Part shown: in pieces, positions 57,875-64,000 of the stretch | How the letters are laid out: every line of letters starts with the position of its first letter | Numbering within the stretch: position 1 is the first letter of the stretch | DNA from: Alphaproteobacteria bacterium | GTDB lineage: Bacteria > Pseudomonadota > Alphaproteobacteria > Parvibaculales > Parvibaculaceae | Reading direction: 5' to 3' | Assembly: GCA_021775935.1 (NCBI GenBank) | Contig: JAJFGY010000039.1 | Location: 17,340 to 81,339, forward strand | DNA: 64,000 nt | The notes under the pieces: generated by a model | What the model saw: the letters and a program-made list of their open reading frames with translations, nothing else | Told to the model about the DNA's origin: nothing | Database searches by the model: none | Made by a program: the position numbers and the translations under genes

Positions 57875-57884
57875 CTTCAATCGC

Positions 57885-59267
57885 CTAGAGATACCATTCC
57901 AGCTCACGGGTGGAGATGGTTTGGTTAAATTTTTCAAACTCCAGGCGTTTCGTTTCGGCATAAATATCGACAAACAGGTCTCCGAAATAGTCGCGGAGCA
58001 CAGGTGATGCGATGAATGCATCAAGTGCACGAGGCAAGGTCAGCGGTAGATCCGGATCCACACGGTCACAGGCATTGTTCTCGGTCGGTTCACCTGGATC
58101 AATTTTGTTCTCAATCCCATAGTCAATCCCCGCGAGGATTGCAGCAAGCACCAGATATGGATTGGCATCGGCGCCGGCGACGCGGTGCTCGATGCGGCGT
58201 GCTTGCGGCGCGCCGGTTGGCACGCGGAAGGCGACAGACCGGTTGTTATATCCCCACGCACCGTTCACCGGCACAAAGAGGTTCGGGCCAAACCGGCGAT
58301 AGGCATTGAGGTTCGGTGCCAGCACTGCCATTGCCGCAGGCAGTGTGCGCTGCAGACCGCCGATCGCATGGCGCATGAGATCCGTGCCCCTCTCGCCGCC
58401 ATCATCAAAGACATTACGACCTTCGGTATCCAGCAGGCTTGTGTGTACGTGACACCCATTACCTACCTGGTCGGCAAATGGCTTCGCCATAAAGCTTGCG
58501 CGCAGCCCGTGCTCTCGGGCAGCGGCGCTGATCAAATTGCGCAACAGGATGCCATGGTCGGCAGAGCGTAAGGGCTCAGGCCCATGTTTCAGATTGATCT
58601 CATATTGACCCGGCGCAAATTCTGCGACCGCTGCAGAGGCTGGCACAGAAAGTCCAGAGGCATACGATCCAATATCGCTAAGCAGATCACCAAATCCATC
58701 CAGCTCCGAGAGACCATAGACCTGGTTTGACCTCTCACGATCACCCGTACTCGGATTGATGGGCGCAAGCGGCCTCCCTTTCGCGTCGGGCTTGGGATCT
58801 AGAAGATAGAATTCAAATTCAACTGCCGAGACAGGCATCAGGCCCCGTGCGCTCAGTCGCTCGGCAACGCGCGCCAACACGTTGCGCGGCTCAAACTCGC
58901 AGGCTTGCCCTTCTGGCGTTTCCATGGTCATCAAAACCTGCGCCTGGTCGGATGCCCAGGGAACCGGTGCCACGGTACCCGCAATCGGATATGCGGTGCC
59001 ATCCGGGTCGCCGTCTGAATACCCTCGGCCATGAATATCTTCATTCACACCGGTCACGTCCAGAAAATAGACTGACATGGGTAGTTGAAGACCATCGGTA
59101 AATATCTTGTCGGCTTCTTCCACCGGGACACGTTTTCCACGCACTGTGCCGCACTGATCCGTGAAGACAGCGTTTAGATAAGAGATTTCAGGGTGGGCCG
59201 CACAGAAGGCCTTCCAGTCACCCAGAGACGCTCGCCCTGCTGACACTGGTTTTTCTCTCTTGCTCAT
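57885..59267 (-). CDS. Glutamine synthetase family protein (gamma-glutamylpolyamine synthetase, PuuA-like)
   Basis: GDPDG, EFEFYL, EFAPGQYEINL, FMAKPF, WGYNNRS, RIEHRVAGADANPYL. Confidence 0.88.
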   Translation of the reverse strand: MSKREKPVSAGRASLGDWKAFCAAHPEISYLNAVFTDQCGTVRGKRVPVEEADKIFTDGLQLPMSVYFLDVTGVNEDIHGRGYSDGDPDGTAYPIAGTVAPVPWASDQAQVLMTMETPEGQACEFEPRNVLARVAERLSARGLMPVSAVEFEFYLLDPKPDAKGRPLAPINPSTGDRERSNQVYGLSELDGFGDLLSDIGSYASGLSVPASAAVAEFAPGQYEINLKHGPEPLRSADHGILLRNLISAAAREHGLRASFMAKPFADQVGNGCHVHTSLLDTEGRNVFDDGGERGTDLMRHAIGGLQRTLPAAMAVLAPNLNAYRRFGPNLFVPVNGAWGYNNRSVAFRVPTGAPQARRIEHRVAGADANPYLVLAAILAGIDYGIENKIDPGEPTENNACDRVDPDLPLTLPRALDAFIASPVLRDYFGDLFVDIYAETKRLEFEKFNQTISTRELEWYL

Positions 59268-59355
59268 GGCCGCCTCATCTCATTCTTAGGTGACCTAATC
59301 ATAAGCGAGAGTGGTTACCAGATACTACCTGCAACAGAAGGGACTGTTCTAAATC

Positions 59356-59883
59356 CTAATCATTCCGGTTCTCCTGAGACCGCGCCTCTTCCCCACGATG
59401 CCGATCTCCACGGCGACCACGCTTCAGCGCCTCTGCAATCTTCTCGCGGGTTTCCGGCGTTAGGTCAGCAAATGCCTCCACCAGTGCCCCTTGCGACCGG
59501 GTGGCCAATGCGTCCATGCCTGCCCGCATTGCAGCGAAGGCTTCGCTGGCAGCTTCCGGGTCATAGGGGTCTGCCCCGACAGCTTCGCTCAATGCCATTC
59601 GGGCCGCGCGCAGGTCCTTGAACAGAGGTTGGAACGTCGACCGATTTTCGCGCATCGTCGCTCTGAGGGCCTGACGCTCATCTTCGGTCAAATGCCTGGC
59701 GACGATGTGATGGGGCAGCCCCATGGACATGCCATGTGCGCCACGGCGATGTTGCCCCTCTTTGAAATACCCAACGGCAAAAAGCCCCCCCAGGAACAGA
59801 TTAAGAGCCAGAGAGATCAGTAGAACTGGCCCAAGCCATTTGCGGACAGGCCGGGTTGTTTCAGGTGTCATCTGGTCACTCAT
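59356..59883 (-). CDS. Periplasmic heavy-metal sensor / Spy-CpxP-like protein
   Basis: LISLALNLFLGG anchor, His/Met-rich HGMSMGLPHH, LTEDER and LTPETR motifs; ATGA-coupled. Confidence 0.8.
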   Translation of the reverse strand: MSDQMTPETTRPVRKWLGPVLLISLALNLFLGGLFAVGYFKEGQHRRGAHGMSMGLPHHIVARHLTEDERQALRATMRENRSTFQPLFKDLRAARMALSEAVGADPYDPEAASEAFAAMRAGMDALATRSQGALVEAFADLTPETREKIAEALKRGRRGDRHRGEEARSQENRND

Positions 59884-60374
59884 TGCCATTCCTCCGTCAA
59901 CCCATTGTCAGCTAAAGCTGTATCGCCAAGTGCGAGCGCCAGCACGTCATAAGATTGGTCCTCGCTCCAGGTCTCCGTCGCGGGATTTGTCAGTCCGCCA
60001 GACGCCACACCCAAAAGAACAGACGCTGCCAGAGCGCCCGCCGGGATCGCCGCTGATCCGTAAGGCCAGAGCAGTTCCAGCAATTGCCGCACGATGCCGA
60101 GGCCACCTACCCCTTCGTCCTTCCGTGTCGCCAGGATACGGGTTTGCAGGGCCAAACTCGGTGCCTCAACAGGGGCCAGTGCCAACAGGGCATCGAATGC
60201 CGCTTCTTCAGCCTGCCTCCTGACGAGAGCAGGGTCAGCGGCGATTGCCCGTCGCACAGCCTCACGGTCAGTTTCCGGCCAACGGGTTTCGTCGGCGCCA
60301 TAGGCATCCAGCACTTCCTGGGCACGCGCTCTTGCTTTCTGGGCTTCGGGCTGGGTTTCAGGTGCGTCTGTCAT
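59880..60374 (-). CDS. Putative membrane anti-sigma factor
   Basis: LDAYGADETRWPE N-domain followed by one TM; ATGA-coupled to the ECF sigma gene. Confidence 0.7.
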   Translation of the reverse strand: MTDAPETQPEAQKARARAQEVLDAYGADETRWPETDREAVRRAIAADPALVRRQAEEAAFDALLALAPVEAPSLALQTRILATRKDEGVGGLGIVRQLLELLWPYGSAAIPAGALAASVLLGVASGGLTNPATETWSEDQSYDVLALALGDTALADNGLTEEWQ

Positions 60375-60961
60375 TTCTTCACACTCTCTGACGGGATGGC
60401 CGATACCAGATCGCCCTCTCCCCTTAATTCAGACCATTCCGGCCTCAAGGATTGTTTCAATGCACGGCGTCCGCGCGACAACAGGGACTCAACAGCCTCA
60501 ACACTCACGTCCAGAATCTCTGCAGCTTCCGGGTTTGAGAGACCCTGGTAGTGAGACAAAACGATGGCGGCACGCTGCCTATCCGGCAGCATCTGGATCG
60601 CACCATCGATCCGTCTTGCCATTTGCTGCTGTTGCAACTGAACTTCGGGGTCTGGGTCATCACTCGCTGCGTCAAAATCCGGGTCCAGCGGTTCGGGCTT
60701 CTTCTTGCGCAGCCGATCCAGACACTGGTTCATCGCAATACGATGCAGCCAGGTAGACACTTTCGCACGCCCTGGTTCCCAGCGTTCAGCTGCCTTCCAT
60801 GCCCGCATGAACGTGTCCTGGGCAACATCCTCAGCTTCTGTCTGATCACCCAACATGCGGCGTGCTACAGCCAGAACATGGGTTAGGTGGTTCTCCACCA
60901 GAAGGCGGCCAGCCGCCGGGTCACCCGATGCGAGGGCCCGCATCAGAGTATCATCGTCCAT
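60371..60961 (-). CDS. ECF RNA polymerase sigma factor
   Basis: AEDVAQDTFMRAW, STWLHRIAMN, LPDRQRAAI, VESLLSRGRR; an in-frame ATG at 61093 is an alternative start. Confidence 0.92.
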   Translation of the reverse strand: MDDDTLMRALASGDPAAGRLLVENHLTHVLAVARRMLGDQTEAEDVAQDTFMRAWKAAERWEPGRAKVSTWLHRIAMNQCLDRLRKKKPEPLDPDFDAASDDPDPEVQLQQQQMARRIDGAIQMLPDRQRAAIVLSHYQGLSNPEAAEILDVSVEAVESLLSRGRRALKQSLRPEWSELRGEGDLVSAIPSESVKK

Positions 60962-61095
60962 TCCGTTCTCTGTTCCCTGCGGAATGACGACCCGCCCTTT
61001 CCTCCACCTTCTACTGGCGGTGCTTTGTCTATAACGTGGGACCGCGCCAAAGTCATCCGTTCTCAAATCAGATGGCCTCAGCGCGGACCTCATTT

Positions 61096-61575
61096 TTAGT
61101 TGTCGCCGCGATGCTCGCCACGATGCTCGCGCATGCGCTGCTGCATGGCTTCTGCTTCTTCGCGGGTGATCTTGCCGTCATCATTGGCATCGACACGGTC
61201 AAACATGCGTGCATGTCGCTCACCGCGACGACTGGCCGACATTTCTTCCTGACTCAGCAAACCATCTTTGTTGCTGTCGAGCTTTTCGAAGCGGCGCTGC
61301 TGGCGCTCGGCGGCTTTGGCTTCTCTTGCAGCTGTCATCTCTTCTGGAGACAACAGACCATCGCCATTGCTGTCAGCTTCGTTGAAGCGGGCCTCGCGCG
61401 CACCTTCAGCTTCTTCGCGGGTGATTTCGCCGTCCTTGTTGAGGTCCAGTCTCTCAAACATTTGATCAGGGTTTCGATGTCCACCACCTGGCCCTCTTTC
61501 AGCAATGGCAACACCGGCAGTCGCCAGAATCAGGGCAGCTGCACCAGACATCAGAATGAATTTGTTCTTACGCAT
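61096..61575 (-). CDS. Secreted EF-hand calcium-binding protein
   Basis: Signal peptide plus four loops: DLNKDGEITREE, DSNGDGLLSPEE, DSNKDGLLSQEE, DANDDGKITREE. Confidence 0.9.
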   Translation of the reverse strand: MRKNKFILMSGAAALILATAGVAIAERGPGGGHRNPDQMFERLDLNKDGEITREEAEGAREARFNEADSNGDGLLSPEEMTAAREAKAAERQQRRFEKLDSNKDGLLSQEEMSASRRGERHARMFDRVDANDDGKITREEAEAMQQRMREHRGEHRGDN

Positions 61576-61730
61576 GAATTAATCTCCATTGGAGTACCCA
61601 CAAAGACGAATATGTACAGTCGACGTGCAAGAGTTTTGCGTACACGCCTGCTGCATGAACCGCGCGAACTGAAATCCCAAATCGGGGATACTGAGTCTGG
61701 GTAAAGCAGGCCCGAGCGCATTCATAGAGT

Positions 61731-61758
61731 TAAACGCGGCGGCTCGGAAATTCCGTCG
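61731..61758 (-). promoter_or_regulatory. Candidate ECF-dependent promoter
   Basis: Minus strand CGACGGA-15 nt-CGTTTA upstream of the EF-hand gene; ECF -10 elements commonly contain CGT. Confidence 0.35.
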
Positions 61759-61774
61759 ATAGATATCGGGAAAT

Positions 61775-63022
61775 CTAGGAAAAACGCAAAAAAGGCCGTT
61801 TTGCGAGCTTTACAGGCTGGCGAGATGAGCCTGCCGTCTCAACGGTAAATCCGTCAGAGGCCCCCAGAGCCGATGCCTCAATCACCGCAAGCGCCACGAC
61901 ACATTGAAGACTTGGTGACCAGGCATGAGACTTGACCTGCCCCACCCGGCTCTCCTCCATGCAGACCGGTCCGATGGGCGCCCCTTCGGCCAGCGCCAAT
62001 TCCAAACCGACAAGCACCGAAGCACTGCCTCTGTCAGCAACACGGGAGAGCGACTTTTGGCCGTTAAACACCGTTCGTTCCAGGTCGACCAAACCGCCCA
62101 GGCTCAAATCATAGGGTGTGCGTGTATCAGCGCTGTCGAAGGCGGTGAGCGCACTTTGGTAGTCCACGCCCTCAAGCGCAACGCCGTTTTCAAGACGCGC
62201 AACATCTCGTGCAGCAGCGCCAACCGGTCTTATGCCTTGCGTGCGTCCGGCATCCAACAAGCGCCTCCACAGAACAGAGGCATCGGATGGGTCAGTCCAT
62301 AACTCATATTCTGTCCCACCCATCATGCCGGTACGGCTGACATAGGTAGGCATGCCCCCAAGCTGTTCCCAACGCGCTTCGCCCTTACTCAGCGCCTCTG
62401 GCTTCTCCATCCCCGCTGCCGCCAGCACTTTTGCAGCGGCGGGACCTGCGAGCGACAGACCGGCAATTGTCCCGCTGACATCCTCAACCCGAACGTCAAA
62501 CCCGATGGCCGACTGTTCCAACCAGTCCAAATGAGAGGAGCGGACAACCAGACGAAACTCTTCCTCAGCCAAACGGAAAAGCATGCCTTGTGTGATAATG
62601 TTTCCATCGCCTGCACAGAGAATGGCTCTCGCCGCCCGATCAATGTTCAGTGTCTCAACTGAGCGGGTGAGAAGACGATTGAGGAAAGGGACCGCCTCTC
62701 GCCCTGACACGCGGTATTTTATCAGAGGAGAGATGTCAGAAAGGGCCGCGCGGGTTCGCAGCGCATCATATTCCTGATCTACGCTCGTATAGACATCAGC
62801 CACTGTATAGCCCGACCAGTCGACCCACCTGTTGGTCCTGCTTTCGGCTGCGACATCAAGATGCAAAGGTGTTGTCAATACGTGGCGTGAAAAAGGTTCT
62901 TCAACCACCGACTGTTCAAACCAGGCGGGGTCCGGCGCAACACCTGCGCCGTTTAGCGGCGAGTCTCGAGATACGTCAATTGCGGCATCTGCGAGGGCTT
63001 GATCGTCCTGCCTATCGGTCAT
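61775..63022 (-). CDS. Aminomethyltransferase (GcvT/DmdA-like folate-binding) family protein
   Basis: TTPLH, EYDALR, DISPLIKYRVSG, SRTGMMG..YELW, ARLENG. Confidence 0.88.
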   Translation of the reverse strand: MTDRQDDQALADAAIDVSRDSPLNGAGVAPDPAWFEQSVVEEPFSRHVLTTPLHLDVAAESRTNRWVDWSGYTVADVYTSVDQEYDALRTRAALSDISPLIKYRVSGREAVPFLNRLLTRSVETLNIDRAARAILCAGDGNIITQGMLFRLAEEEFRLVVRSSHLDWLEQSAIGFDVRVEDVSGTIAGLSLAGPAAAKVLAAAGMEKPEALSKGEARWEQLGGMPTYVSRTGMMGGTEYELWTDPSDASVLWRRLLDAGRTQGIRPVGAAARDVARLENGVALEGVDYQSALTAFDSADTRTPYDLSLGGLVDLERTVFNGQKSLSRVADRGSASVLVGLELALAEGAPIGPVCMEESRVGQVKSHAWSPSLQCVVALAVIEASALGASDGFTVETAGSSRQPVKLAKRPFLRFS

Positions 63023-64000
63023 TTGGATTTCTCCCTCGCCAGTGCGGTCTCTGCAGCAAACTTACCCGGCAAGCCGCTCAACCCTCCGCCGGGATGGCTT
63101 CCCGCACCACACAGATACAGTCCATCAACAGCTCCCCCATAGTTTGCCATGCCCGGCGCGGGCCGGAAGGCAAGCAATTGATCGAAACTCATGTTCCCCT
63201 GATGCCAATGCGCACCGCTCATTCCGAAGCTTTCTTCCAGCTCCGGCGGTGTCAGAAGTTCTCCGGCGATAATTTTGTGGCTGATGTCTGGCGCATACTC
63301 GCGCACGGTATCGATGACCCGCTTCATCAGCATGTCTCTCTGTGCCTCCCATCCCCCGTTTATCTCATAAGGCATATTGGGCAATACGATCGACATGACA
63401 TGGTGCCCCATCGGCGCAAGACGTGGATCATGATAAGAGGGAATAACCAGTTCCATAACCGGCTCCAAGGTCAGCTCGCCTCGCTTCGCAGCCGTAAACG
63501 ATCGTTCAACAGTTCCCATGTCAGGCGCGATCAGAAGTCGTCCGCCATATTCTTTGTCAGTGAAGTTCTTAAAAGTGGGCAGGCCTTCCAACGCCAGATT
63601 GACTTTAGCAGTCGCCCCTTCCATTCGAATACGGCTCAGGTGGGTCGCCACAGGTGCTTCGAAGTGGCGGGCACCGACAAGATCAAGGCAGGTTGTTTTG
63701 GGGTCTGCACTGCTCATCACAAGTGGTGCCTCGAACACAGTCCCATCTTCCAGACGAACACCTTTTGTACGCCCGTCTTCAATAATGATTTGGTTTACAG
63801 GGCTCTCCAGCCGGATGCGGACGCCTGCGGCCTCAGCGGAAGTCGCGAGCGCCTCTGTCAGCGCACCGGTACCTCCAACCGGATAGCCCACGCCCTGCCC
63901 CATCGCTTCGAGCGCGCGCTTGTACACAAGAGAAAAACCCGTGCCGGGCGTATGCGGACCGGCGTGATTGCCAAGCGTTGCATCCAGCGACAACGCGCCT
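63019..64000 (-). CDS. Phytoene dehydrogenase-like FAD oxidoreductase (N-terminus beyond window)
   Basis: YPVGGTGAL, SSADPKTT, DPRLAPMGHHVMS, GLYLCGAGSHPGGG; frame runs off the window edge. Confidence 0.85.
   Translation of the reverse strand, partial: GALSLDATLGNHAGPHTPGTGFSLVYKRALEAMGQGVGYPVGGTGALTEALATSAEAAGVRIRLESPVNQIIIEDGRTKGVRLEDGTVFEAPLVMSSADPKTTCLDLVGARHFEAPVATHLSRIRMEGATAKVNLALEGLPTFKNFTDKEYGGRLLIAPDMGTVERSFTAAKRGELTLEPVMELVIPSYHDPRLAPMGHHVMSIVLPNMPYEINGGWEAQRDMLMKRVIDTVREYAPDISHKIIAGELLTPPELEESFGMSGAHWHQGNMSFDQLLAFRPAPGMANYGGAVDGLYLCGAGSHPGGGLSGLPGKFAAETALAREKSK

Noticed and set aside
61036-61704. 222 aa plus-strand ORF and apparent DNA repeats
   Set aside because: Antisense to the EF-hand gene; the repeats reflect the four EF-hand loops
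1-64000. CRISPR arrays, IS elements, prophage, rRNA, defence systems
   Set aside because: No spaced repeats, transposase/integrase/phage or recognisable defence ORFs seen by eye

Overview
This is a gene-dense chromosomal window from a moderately high-GC alphaproteobacterium. Gene content suggests a Parvibaculum-like lineage (inference: PleC/DivJ-type kinases, pepN-pleC linkage, stand-alone PAS protein, many acyl-CoA dehydrogenases). About 58 CDS and one tRNA-Val(CAC) are supported. The main themes are acyl-CoA/fatty-acid catabolism (six ACADs, CoA transferase, crotonase, SDR, two hotdog thioesterases), lipid enzymes (patatin, lysophospholipase, FabY-like ketosynthase), transport (MFS, CNT, SBP-permease fusion, RND) and signalling (two PleC/DivJ-family kinases; an EF-hand/ECF sigma/anti-sigma/metal-sensor module). 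I saw no integrase, transposase, prophage, CRISPR array or rRNA. The most interesting unannotated signals are: (1) a three-hairpin candidate sRNA at ~15446-15571, preceded by a GTTC-N7-GTTC box; (2) a betaine-type SBP-permease fusion whose signal peptide seems to need a leaderless ATT start; (3) a cluster of four GANTC sites plus a DnaA box upstream of gph; (4) a motif-degenerate CobT; (5) a FabY-type ketosynthase with a structured 3' region; (6) the CnrYXH-like ECF module linked to an EF-hand protein. All family calls come from motif recognition by eye; no searches were run.
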